Origin: Nemertoderma westbladi
Lineage: Eukaryota > Animalia > Xenacoelomorpha
Assembly (NCBI GenBank): GCA_032718475.1
Contig: JAUCBJ010003636.1
Span: forward strand, 1-39,827
Direction: 5' to 3'
Length of the DNA: 39,827 nucleotides
Part shown: one piece after another, positions 1 to 10,369 of the stretch
How positions within the stretch are numbered: position 1 is the stretch's first letter
How the letters are laid out: each line of letters opens with the position of its first letter
The notes under the pieces: generated by a model
What the model was told of the DNA's origin: nothing
The model's input: only the letters and a program-made list of their open reading frames with translations
Databases searched by the model: none
Position numbers and translations under genes: made by a program

Positions 1-18
1 ATTTACTGATTTGACATA

Positions 19-1593
19 ATGGACTACGAGAGATCGGAATCGTCGTGGCACGGAGGGGACCGAAGCCGCGAGCGTTTCAGTTCGCGTCCCGGGGCGGAAC
101 GCTCTGGGAACTTGGACGAACCGCAGTACAGCCGACTATTTATTATCTGTTCGAGGGAATCCAAAGAAGCCGATATAAGGGTCGCTCTCGCCCCTTTCGG
201 AACAATAACCGATGTGTTTATGCCCAAGGACAGAGTGACGCAGGAAACCAAAGGTATCGTCTATGTTAAGTTCGAGAAAGCCTCGCAAGCGGCCAATGCT
301 GTTGAGGAACTCAATGGCCATAGCATCCAGGGTTCTAGCAAGCCTATCAAGGTGATGATAGCCCAGAGCAGGAAAGCAGGTACCAATGAAGACTTCAACG
401 AAACCGAGCGAATGAGCAGGTTGTTTATAATCGTCCCCAAGGGGATGGCTGAGACAGAAATAGAGGAAAGTTTCTCGCAATTTGGAGACCTGGAATACGT
501 TCGGATCGTGAAAGATCGCAACACCAATAAGAGTAAGGGCTGTGGGTTCGTTAAGTTCTTCAAGGCATCGCAAGGTGCGTTAGCTATGGAAGAATGCGAT
601 AAGCGGATGTTCAAACCTATTTACGCCGAGCCTAAAGGGGCAGCCGGCGGTGCAGGTGCCATGCAGCAGTCACCTCGAGAGTTGCGTAGACCCTTCCCCG
701 AGCCAGCCGGGGGCGGCTACGACAGACCGCACCTCATGCCCCAACAGCAGCACGTTCCCGTGGGTCCGCCCAGCGGCGGCTCATATAAACTATGCCTGGT
801 GTACTGCAGTTCGATGGGCCATGATCAGATCTCACGCTTGTGCGACCTGCTGCCCGGGTTCGAGTACTGCACCCGAGCCGAAGGCTACGGCTCCTCCAGA
901 TCCGTCGTTTACGCGGTCTACGACAGCTACTTGTCCACGCTCAACGCCAGAGACAAGCTGAATGCCTTTGAATATCCACCGGGGTTCAAACTCTCTGCGA
1001 AACTCGCGGACGAATCGAACATAGGCCACGGAGTTAAACGGATGAACGACCAGGACTTCCATTCCTACGAGCCGCCACTCGACGTCGTCATGGACTACCC
1101 GAACGGCTCCCAACCCCCCTCGCTCGACGTCCAGACGACTCTTAAGAGTCTCACCGACCAGGTCTCGCAGCTAAGCAACGCACTGAGTGTGGCGCAGCAG
1201 GCGGGAGGTGGCGGCGGTGGTGCGTGGGGGGATAATGTGGCGTTCGGGTCGTCGGACGCTATGCGACTGTACGGGGTGCAGTTGGGGGAGCGACAGCCGT
1301 TGGTACCGAGTCCCGGGGACAACGAGAACAGGTTGTTCGTCGTGTTCCAACCCCGGGCCCCGCTCAACGATATCATACAGGATGTATTCTGTCGCATAGG
1401 AAACCTGGTGGGGGTCACGCTGATGCGCGGCAAGAACTGCGGCTACGCGCAGTACGCCACTGCGGAGTCGGCGGGGGAAGCCGTGGCTACGCTGCACGGA
1501 CGGACGATATGCAACACGCTGTTTAAAGTGATAGTGGCGGACCCGCCTCCGGGCCCGGACGGCCGGAAACGGATGAAAACCGGAGACTTTTAG
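19..1593 (+). CDS. RBM45: RNA-binding protein 45 (tandem RRM1-RRM2, central HOA region, RRM3, C-terminal NLS); single exon
   Basis: 524-aa ATG-to-TAG ORF with RBM45 hallmarks: SRLFII..TKGIVYVKF, KPIKVMIAQSR, SKGCGFVKFFK, FEYPPG, RLFVVFQP..DVFCRIGNL..GKNCGYAQY and terminal RKRMK. Confidence 0.93.
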   Translation: MDYERSESSWHGGDRSRERFSSRPGAERSGNLDEPQYSRLFIICSRESKEADIRVALAPFGTITDVFMPKDRVTQETKGIVYVKFEKASQAANAVEELNGHSIQGSSKPIKVMIAQSRKAGTNEDFNETERMSRLFIIVPKGMAETEIEESFSQFGDLEYVRIVKDRNTNKSKGCGFVKFFKASQGALAMEECDKRMFKPIYAEPKGAAGGAGAMQQSPRELRRPFPEPAGGGYDRPHLMPQQQHVPVGPPSGGSYKLCLVYCSSMGHDQISRLCDLLPGFEYCTRAEGYGSSRSVVYAVYDSYLSTLNARDKLNAFEYPPGFKLSAKLADESNIGHGVKRMNDQDFHSYEPPLDVVMDYPNGSQPPSLDVQTTLKSLTDQVSQLSNALSVAQQAGGGGGGAWGDNVAFGSSDAMRLYGVQLGERQPLVPSPGDNENRLFVVFQPRAPLNDIIQDVFCRIGNLVGVTLMRGKNCGYAQYATAESAGEAVATLHGRTICNTLFKVIVADPPPGPDGRKRMKTGDF

Positions 1594-1807
1594 GGATACG
1601 ACGGACGGACAATGTTTGGGTTGGATTTAACGGACAATTATTAGACGTGGCGTTTTATAAACTAGGACAGTAATATGTTACTGTGGATCTACATTTAATG
1701 TTGACTCAACGATTTGTATTGGGATTAAAGACTAACTAGACGTTACCGGAAACACATCGGACACATTGTTACCTCAGTTACTACGGAGATGACATGACGA
1801 TCTCAGT

Positions 1808-1876
1808 CTACAACAATGACGCCACGGTTCCTACAACAATGACGTCACGGTTGCTATAACAATGACGTCACGGTTC
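1808..1876. repeat. 23-bp tandem repeat x3 just downstream of RBM45 (probable 3' UTR)
   Basis: Unit CTACAACAATGACGTCACGGTTC at 1808, 1831 and 1854; two copies carry the TGACGTCA palindrome. Confidence 0.85.
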
Positions 1877-2010
1877 CGACGAACTCCGCACCATGGACAT
1901 TTTTTACTGACCGAAATGGAACTTCTAAATGTTAATGACAACTTTATCCAGCCGCAATATTAAGTATAAAATCGATTGGATTTTAAACATTTCGTTTTTT
2001 GGTAAACCGT

Positions 2011-2735
2011 AATAATTATTTATTATATGGGAAAACAAGTAGAACTCTTTTCATTATTCTCGAGGCGTTTTATTCACCGAGCGCCAACGAGGTTAATAAA
2101 GGGTCGAGAGAATATTGAAAAAAAAATGTCTACGTTTTTTCCCATATAATACGTAATTTTATTCTTAAATTGGTACTTTTTTGTTGCTAAGTTCTGTAGT
2201 AAAACATAGCGATATACTACAGTACAGTTGTGTTACAAATTAAATTTAACTGTAGTATTATACTATATTGCTTCCATAGTTACTGCGATTCCAATTATTG
2301 TACTCTTCAACTCTCGATGCTGCCTTACTCAATGTTAAATAATTTAGTGTTCTCGAATATTTATTACGTAACTAGAGAGCCTCTTAACAATATAAACTAA
2401 TATTGGATATGGAGTTCCGTTATGGAATTCGCCTTGCAGACACTAAAGTTGCAATAACTTTTGAGTGAGTGAATGGATTTTGCTAAAAAAAACTTGCAAA
2501 CCGTCTTGCAAACTTGCAAACAAACGTCGATGTTCTTTCAACACATGTAATACAATTCAAAAAATTCCACCAAAAATATTTTACTTTACTTTTTTCGCCG
2601 GGAAAAAAAGTAAAATCAATGCAATCCAATCCTATTTATTACTTTTTTTTCCCTAGGGAAAAAAGGTGAAACTTTTTCTCCCGATTTTGGGGTATATTCG
2701 AGCGAAAAAGTAACAATTTAAGAATAAAATTAATT
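2011..2735. mobile_element. Dispersed non-autonomous element with terminal hairpin and internal inverted repeat (possibly Helentron/HINE-like); copy 1
   Basis: Hairpin TATTATATGGGAAAAC...GTTTTTTCCCATATAATA (~2021-2151); inverted pair AATTTTATTCTTAAATTGGTACTTTT (~2156) / AAAAGTAACAATTTAAGAATAAAATT (~2706); homologous copy at ~38715-39200. The family assignment is an inference. Confidence 0.7.
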
Positions 2736-3369
2736 TTTTAGTTCTATAAAATGAATGGACTGGTTTAATTTCGAGTTGGTTTATATAAAATGCCCAACTC
2801 TCTATCTTGGCCTCGGTTTACTATCCATTTTATTTTACGGCTCCTACCTAATGTCTTATCAGATTATTTTATTTCACAGAATCGGTAACTAAAATCTAAA
2901 ATCTCATATAATAAATAACAATTAGATAATTACTCTTGTTGATAATTTTTACTTTATTGTAATATTAGTGTGATTGATGCAATAGTAGAACTCTATCTGA
3001 ATGTTACTTCATTTCGATGTTAACAACGGTCATTATCTCTTGGCTCTGCGATAAATATTTATTTAAATGTGACTCATACAGTATATAAACCTATTTTTAT
3101 AATGTTAATATTTACGCGACACCTACTCTATGGGAAAGCTAAGGAAATGATAAGTTACGAACAGGCCAGAGTTATTGAACTAAATATATAAAATGCAAGT
3201 TTAAAGCTTCCTTAACTCAGTTTAACGAAATATCGTTAACAAAATATTGTAAAGACAAAACTGTTTTTGGGATCATTTAATACTAAACGGCACAGCAAAG
3301 TACAAGGAAGACAACAACATCCCGTTTATCGAATAATTTATAGACAACCGGAGGCTAATCTCTATGTAG

Positions 3370-5343
3370 ATGCTGTGTAGTTGTAGTTATCTAACAGGAA
3401 CCCAGACCCACAACTCGGAGGACGGTAGTGATCTAACAGGAACCCAGACCCACAACTCGGAGGACTGTAGTGATCTAACAGGGACCCAGTCCCACAACTC
3501 GGAGGACTGTAGTGATCTAACAGGAACCCAGTCCCACAACTCGGAGGACTGTAGTGATCTAACAGGAACCCAGACCCACAACTCGGAGGACTGTAGTGAT
3601 CTAACAGGAACCCAGACCCACAACTCGGAGGACTGTAGTGATCTAACAGGAACCCAGACCCACAACTCGGAGGACTGTAGTGATCTAACAGGGACCCAGT
3701 CCCACAACTCGGAGGACTGTAGTGATCTAACAGGGACCCAGTCCCACAACTCGGAGGACTGTAGTGATCTAACAGGGACCCAGTCCCCCAACTCGGAGGA
3801 CTGTAGTGATCTAACAGGAACCCAGACCCACAACTCGGAGGACTGTAGTGATCTAACAGGGACCCAGTCCCCAAACTCGGAGGACTGTAGTGATCTAACA
3901 GGAACCCAGACCCACAACTCGGAGGACTGTAGTGATCTAACAGGAACCCAGACCCACAACTCGGAGGACTGTAGTGATCTAACAGGAACCCAGTCCCACA
4001 ACTCGGAGGACTGTAGTGATCTAACAGGAACCCAGACCCACAACTCGGAGGACTGTAGTGATCTAACAGGGACCCAGTCCCACAACTCGGAGGACTGTAG
4101 TGATCTAACAGGAACCCAGACCCACAACTCGGAGGACTGTAGTGATCTAACAGGAACCCAGACCCACAACTCGGAGGACTGTAGTGATCTAACAGGGACC
4201 CAGTCCCACAACTCGGAGGACTGTAGTGATCTAACCCAGTCCCACAACTCGGAGGACTGTAGTGATCTAACAGGGACCCAGTCCCACAACTCGGAGGACT
4301 GTAGTGATCTAACAGGGACCCAGTCCCACAACTCGGAGGACTGTAGTGATCTAACAGGAACCCAGACCCACAACTCAGAGGACTGTAGTGATCTAACCCA
4401 GTCCCACAACTCGGAGGACTGTAGTGATCTAACAGGAACCCAGTCCTACAACTCGGAGGACTGTAGTGATCTAACAGGAACCCAGACCCACAACTCGGAG
4501 GACTGTAGTGATCTAACAGGAACCCAGTCCCACAACTCGGAGGACTGTAGTGATCTAACAGGAACCCAGACCCACAACTCGGAGGACTGTAGTGATCTAA
4601 CAGGGACCCAGTCCCACAACTCGGAGGACTGTAGTGATCTAACAGGGACCCAGTCCCACAACTCGGAGGACTGTAGTGATCTAACAGGAACCCAGACCCA
4701 CAACTCGGAGGACTGTAGTGATCTAACAGGGACCCAGTCCCACAACTCGGAGGACTGTAGTGATCTAACAGGAACCCAGACCCACAACTCGGAGGACTGT
4801 AGTGATCTAACAGGAACCCAGACCCACAACTCGGAGGACTGTAGTGATCTAACAGGAACCCAGACCCACAACTCGGAGGACTGTAGTGATCTAACAGGGA
4901 CCCAGTCCCACAACTCGGAGGACTGTAGTGATCTAACAGGGACCCAGTCCCACAACTCGGAGGACTGTAGTGATCTAACAGGAACCCAGACCCACAACTC
5001 GGAGGACTGTAGTGATCTAACCCAGTCCCACAACTCGGAGGACTGTAGTGATCTAACAGGAACCCAGTCCCACAACTCGGAGGACTGTAGTGATCTAACA
5101 GGAACCCAGTCCCACAACTCGGAGGACTGTAGTGATCTAACAGGAACCCAGTCCCACAACTCGGAGGACTGTAGTGATCTAACAGGAACCCAGTCCCACA
5201 ACTCGGAGGACTGTAGTGATCTAACAGGGACCCAGTCCCACAACTCTGAGTACTGTAGTGATCTAACAGGAACCCAGTCCCACAACTCGGAGGACTGTAT
5301 GTATATAAATAAGATTTCCGGTATATATTACACTGGTATTTAG
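3370..5343 (+). CDS. Possible 13-aa repeat protein (SDLTGTQ[S/T]HNSEDC)n; may be only a by-product of the minisatellite
   Basis: 657-aa ATG-to-TAG ORF spanning the array; indels keep frame and the common variants are silent or Ser/Thr; no expression evidence. Confidence 0.2.
   Translation: MLCSCSYLTGTQTHNSEDGSDLTGTQTHNSEDCSDLTGTQSHNSEDCSDLTGTQSHNSEDCSDLTGTQTHNSEDCSDLTGTQTHNSEDCSDLTGTQTHNSEDCSDLTGTQSHNSEDCSDLTGTQSHNSEDCSDLTGTQSPNSEDCSDLTGTQTHNSEDCSDLTGTQSPNSEDCSDLTGTQTHNSEDCSDLTGTQTHNSEDCSDLTGTQSHNSEDCSDLTGTQTHNSEDCSDLTGTQSHNSEDCSDLTGTQTHNSEDCSDLTGTQTHNSEDCSDLTGTQSHNSEDCSDLTQSHNSEDCSDLTGTQSHNSEDCSDLTGTQSHNSEDCSDLTGTQTHNSEDCSDLTQSHNSEDCSDLTGTQSYNSEDCSDLTGTQTHNSEDCSDLTGTQSHNSEDCSDLTGTQTHNSEDCSDLTGTQSHNSEDCSDLTGTQSHNSEDCSDLTGTQTHNSEDCSDLTGTQSHNSEDCSDLTGTQTHNSEDCSDLTGTQTHNSEDCSDLTGTQTHNSEDCSDLTGTQSHNSEDCSDLTGTQSHNSEDCSDLTGTQTHNSEDCSDLTQSHNSEDCSDLTGTQSHNSEDCSDLTGTQSHNSEDCSDLTGTQSHNSEDCSDLTGTQSHNSEDCSDLTGTQSHNSEYCSDLTGTQSHNSEDCMYINKISGIYYTGI
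3384..5298. repeat. 39-bp minisatellite, ~49-50 near-identical units
   Basis: Unit TGTAGTGATCTAACAGG(A/G)ACCCAG(A/T)CCCACAACTCGGAGGAC; three 33-bp units carry a 6-bp deletion (~4231, ~4393, ~5017). Confidence 0.98.
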
Positions 5344-5391
5344 GTATCTGGAACACTTTACTACTAATATCGATCAAATAGGACATTAATT

Positions 5392-6024
5392 ATGTCTCAT
5401 CACCACAACCATGGCGACGGCGGCCATCAACACAGCCACAACGAGTCGGCAGACAACTCCGTCAGCCGCCAGTCCTTGTACCCCAAGATACTGCGATCCG
5501 AAATCCGCTGTCTGAACGAGCGCATCGAGGGAAGCGGCCAGACTGTGTTCCGTCCCTTAGACGAACGACTAAACCGGGAACAATTCGTCGTGAGCGATTG
5601 CGACGCGGAACTTATATTTAATGTCCCCTTCTCTTGTAACGTGAAACTCACTGCTGTAACAATCATAGGCGCTGACGATAGTTCCCATCCGTCTTCCGTG
5701 AAACTCTATAAGAACAGAGACGGGATCACCTTCGATGATACAGGGGCCGTCTGCGAACAGACTCTAGAGCTGGTCCGAGACCCAAATGGGGTCATCGAAT
5801 ACCCGGTCAAAGCCAATAAGTTCAACAACGTTCATTCATTGTCGTTGTATATCCCTGGTAACTATGGCGACAGTGACGAGACAATGGTTTATTACATTGG
5901 ATTGTGGGGCGAGTATATGAGCGAGTTTAGGAGAGAGGCAGTTAATGTTGTTTACGAAGCCAGGGCTAATCCAATGGACCACAAACTCTCACATACAAAC
6001 CAAGTTATATATGAAATTAATTAA
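5392..6024 (+). CDS. PITHD1: PITH domain-containing protein 1; single exon
   Basis: 210 aa; His-rich N-terminus, CLNERIEGSG..VFRP, SDCDAELIFNVPF, SHPSSVKLYKNR, YYIGLWGE and YEARANPMDH all match PITHD1; AATAAA at ~6068. Confidence 0.95.
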   Translation: MSHHHNHGDGGHQHSHNESADNSVSRQSLYPKILRSEIRCLNERIEGSGQTVFRPLDERLNREQFVVSDCDAELIFNVPFSCNVKLTAVTIIGADDSSHPSSVKLYKNRDGITFDDTGAVCEQTLELVRDPNGVIEYPVKANKFNNVHSLSLYIPGNYGDSDETMVYYIGLWGEYMSEFRREAVNVVYEARANPMDHKLSHTNQVIYEIN

Positions 6025-6112
6025 ATGCCCGAAATTAAGACATTTATTATTAGTAATTTACTTTTGAAATAAAAATGTAACTAAAGTTATTTTTACATGT
6101 ATTGCTGTGTTA

Positions 6113-7170
6113 TATCGTGACCAAAGAGCCAGAACAACACTCACCAAAAAAAGTGGTTTCGAGAAAAATGCAAAAAACCTTCTCATTTCCCTCCATATGG
6201 ATCCCGTCTCCTAATTTTTTCGAGAGGTCTGGGAAGATACAATGATATATTTTATTATAGTGTCTAGTATTCAGAATTAATTTTCTTAATGAAAAAAAAC
6301 GGTTTTTTTCGTTATTTTCCAAAGAGACAAAACAACACATACTGAAATTTAACATTAACTCTAGTCTGTGTGTGTTGTTTTAACTCTAGGATTTTATCAC
6401 AGAAACAGAACAACTCACGTCATTCCTCGACTATTGAATTAAATGTCGCGTCGGTTCGCCCCTTGCCAGGATTCCTCATATGTTTCCCTATGAAGTCATT
6501 GCTATACCTAGACAAATTTGGACTAGGATCATCCTCATCGTCACTATAACTAGATGATGGAATATAATTTAACTCTGTAAACTCCAAGTCATCAACATAC
6601 TCAATTTGTACATCGGCATCACCTGCTGGTGAATTCTCAATTGACCACATGTGATTTAAAGGGTCATTCCTATAAATAGCCCTACTCCGATAATAACTAA
6701 TTTGAAAGCAAGTAATTATATTAATTTAGATTTTATTCAATACTAACATTATTTAAAAATCAAAAAGATTATGACAAAAGTATCATTTTAAATGACTTGT
6801 TTTTTGGCCGTAAAGGCTCATCATCAGATCCTAAAAACTTCATTACTGTACCGTATATTAAATACATATTCCAGAAAAATATGGCTTCTTTTGATTCGTT
6901 TACAATATACAGGAGTTGCCATACATTGCATTGTGTGGTGTGGTTTCTTTTGCTTCGAATAAGTGTGGTATGTGTTGTTTTGCCTCTAACAGTTTTCAAC
7001 TTATATGTTGTGAGGGTTGTACTGGTTTTCCATATCTCCTAAACGGACTGACATACTGTACAACACTAGGATTTTAACATAAGATGTAGAACGCCATCTT
7101 GAGTAATTTTGGTGACATTTTATTTTTTTAATTGTGGTATGTGTGTTGTTCTGGCTCTATGGTCACGATA
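6113..7170. mobile_element. Non-autonomous TIR DNA transposon (~1.06 kb) with TA flanks
   Basis: Left TA|TATCGTGACCAAAGAGCCAGAACAACAC and right GTGTTGTTCTGGCTCTATGGTCACGATA|TA (28-bp TIR, 1 mismatch); related left-end fragment at ~32783-32845. Confidence 0.8.
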
Positions 7171-7299
7171 TAGGAGTCAAATGAGAAATATTCTAAGATA
7201 CTGTAATACCGAAAATCTGTTTCTAATTTTGACGTCATGTTTATTTATAGGTTCTGGGCACCCGTCAGCCCGTTATTGCACAATCCAAGACTAAATTTA

Positions 7300-9200
7300 T
7301 TTTGGCCTCCCCCCTCAATTTTTCTACAAGTCTTAATGAGGAATTTGAAACAAATAGTTTCACATACCACCTCCTTCCTGGGTGAGCCAGAATTTTTATT
7401 TTCGCTTTCAATCTTTCGTTACAAACGTTTGAAAAAGGCGTCTCCTTCGATATTGCGCCAGTCGTCCCCTACTGCAGTTATTATTCTACCTTATAGCTGT
7501 TTGTTGTTACCAATGGACAGCTGACCATGCAAGGATTCCAAATATATAAAAAAATATATTTGAATTTGGTTGGGAAATAGCTGAGATTGGGCGTTCGAAT
7601 GTTGCATGTATTTGCTTCCGATGAAGGCCATTTATTCTAATTAATAAATACGCAATGTTCTAGAACATTTTGTTCATGTATGAATATTCACGTACTAGTA
7701 GACCTATTATCATACAGGCATTGTATTGTTACCAAGGTGTACTAAATAACAGGTCATGCAGCGAGCGGATTGCTTAAATTAGCGGAGGCCGATCTTTTCC
7801 CTATTTATGACACTATTTTCATAATATTTTCTTAGAAACCTCTCTTATGCAACTTTGGTTAGGTGGATATGATGACTAGGATTCATACAGTAGCAATGTA
7901 ATAAAATGTCTTTCTGGAATTTCTATGTTGTAGTTGCCAAGGTAACCGGATGCAAAGTTCAAATTTCGAGCGTCTGTAATTCAAAACGACAAGGGATTCT
8001 GTTCTTGAGATTTGGTATATGAGTAAAGGGAATAAAAGTCTATAAAATTATTTTACATTTTAATTTTTTTTCAATCCCGTTTCCATGGTGACGGGAATTA
8101 CGATAATTTCCCATTATGACCGCCAGATTGAAATTGGGCTACTATTTACTACTTATATGATTTCCAACATGCATGCCTGGTGGCTGTCCTTTACTTCTAA
8201 TAATTGGTAACCGAAATTTAATATTCTGGAATGCCAAATTAATGCTATCACCGATCTTGCTCTCTGATTGGACAGTTTAGTTTATTTGCAAATATTGACT
8301 TTTAAAAATATGATTCACAATTGACGAATTATAAAATAAAATGTTGGCAATTTTAACTTATTATTTAGACTGACAAACCGAATAAAAATGGTGTTTTATA
8401 GAATTTGTAGACGACAATTTTTAAAATTTTTCATTCTACTTATTTCCATGGAAACGGGAATGTAAACAAATTCAAGTGAAAAATATTTTGATATACTTTT
8501 ATTTCCATCAATCACCTACCAAATCTCAAGATGAAGAATCCATTGTCGCCTTGAAATACAGGTGCGCAAAGTTTGAACTTTGCACCCAGTTACCTTGGCA
8601 ACTACAAGATAAAAATTCCAGAAACACATTTTATTACATTGCTATGAATCCTAGTCATCATATCCATCTAACTAAAGTAGCACATAAGAAGTTTCTAAAG
8701 AAATATTATGAAAATAGTGTCATAAATAGGGAAACGATCGGACTCCGCTAATTTCAGCAATCCGCTCGCTGCATGACCTGTTATTTAGTACACCTCGATT
8801 GTAACCCAAGCTACTTTTGAGATAAACAAAATGTTCTAGAACATGGTGTATTTATTAAATAGAATAAATGGCCCTCAGCCAGAAGCAAATACATGCAACA
8901 TTTGAATGCCAATAACTCGTCACCTCTTTCCAACCAAATTCAAATTTTTTACATATTTAGAATCCTTAGACGGCCAGCTTTCAACAAATTACTATAAGGT
9001 TTAAGGATAACGGCAGGTAGTACGATATTGGAATGTAGCCGGAGACACTTTTTCAAACGCTTGTAGCTAAATATTGAGATTTTAAAATTTATATAATATT
9101 CTGGCTCACCCACTAAGGATGAAAATGTGAATCTATCTCTCTTTAAAATTTCATGCAATCTAAATCTGTCAATAAGATTTGGGGGGGGGGGGGGGGGGGC
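7300..9200. mobile_element. Foldback-type element: ~1.9 kb imperfect palindrome
   Basis: Arms pair along their length, e.g. GGGTGAGCCAGAAT (7380) / ATTCTGGCTCACCC (9098) and AGGTGTACTAAATAACAGGTCATGCAGCGAGCGGATTGC (7735) / its complement (~8757-8795); centre ~8250; boundaries approximate. Confidence 0.85.
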
Positions 9201-9363
9201 GTTACACTAAATTACGAGTTACGACACTATTCCGTTGTGGAGCGGATTGTTTGTCACTGTACTGGGTTCTGCGGCAGCGCGCTTGCCAGTACCTGACTGC
9301 CTGACGCTGATAGTGGATAGCCCAGCTTCAGCAGTCCTGGCAATGTTACGATTCGATTGGCTA

Positions 9364-10346
9364 GGGGGTAAATCTTTTCGACCTACGCGTAGGCCTACAC
9401 GTAGCTACGCGTAGCTACGCGTAGTTTGTAACTTCCATTCCTGTCATTTACCGGTAGGGCCAGACTTACTGCCTTTTTTACAACTACGCGTAGGTGTTTT
9501 AAAACTACGCGTAGTTATTTTGGAACTACGCGTAGGTATTTTGAAACTACGCGTAGGTGCTACGCGTAGCTACGCGTAGGTGCTACGCGTAGCAGTCCTG
9601 ATAACAATGATTTTTCATTTCAGGTCCGGTAGGGTTGAGTTGTTAGGCAAGTATCGGTACATGTCAGGTATCTGATTATCAGACAAATGTAATATCAGAA
9701 TCGGAAACTCATATCTCTACATACAGCACTGGTAATAAATAATATTCGGCTCTTTCACATACAAACACAGAGGATGAATAAAAAGTAAACTTAAAATTCA
9801 CGTCTCATGATAGACAATTTAGTCTCCCCCTTCCCTTGTCAAGGGGTTAACATATTAAAAACAGTATATCCTAGTTGCCCTATCGTGAACAAAGGCAATA
9901 AAAAGCATAGAGAATCGATAAGAACCATCGGCCTATTTCCTTTGTAAACTATTTTTGAACTCTAAACATTAATTATTAACACATTTTACCGCCCGCAACG
10001 CATGAAGTGAAGAATATGTAGTTTTCGCGTATTCCTCTATATAGAGTATACAGGTATAGGATACATTACTGTTGAAAGCATTTGATGGTTGTGGGTTGTT
10101 TATTGAACATACCGTATTGTGTCTTATTTTAGTACTGACTCGCTTGGAATACGTAAGCCTACTAATGATAAACGACGTATAGGCATAGTTATGGGTAGCA
10201 CCTACGCGTAGCTACGCGTAGCACCTACGCGTAGCACCTACGCGTAGTTATTGTTAAAACTCTGAAACTGGTGATATATGACCCAATGTTGCGAACTACG
10301 CGTAGCTACGCGTAGGCCTACGCGTAGGTCGAAAAGATTTACCCTG
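9364..10346. mobile_element. MITE (hAT-like CCCTG right end) with subterminal arrays of the palindrome CTACGCGTAG
   Basis: TIR GGGTAAATCTTTTCGACCTACGCGTAGGCCTAC / GTAGGCCTACGCGTAGGTCGAAAAGATTTACCC; many CTACGCGTAG copies near both ends; no clean 8-bp TSD. Confidence 0.8.
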
Positions 10347-10369
10347 GCTCCTATATGGAATACTGACAA

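Noticed and set aside
24-1497. Short ORFs overlapping RBM45
   Set aside because: Shadow frames of a GC-rich coding sequence.
3384-5298. CRISPR array
   Set aside because: Units are contiguous with no unique spacers, there are no cas genes, and the context is eukaryotic. The same applies to the arrays at 19275, 20217 and 38351.
3362-5386. Minus-strand 674-, 340- and 279-aa repeat ORFs as genes
   Set aside because: These are alternative readings of the 39-bp array with no independent support.
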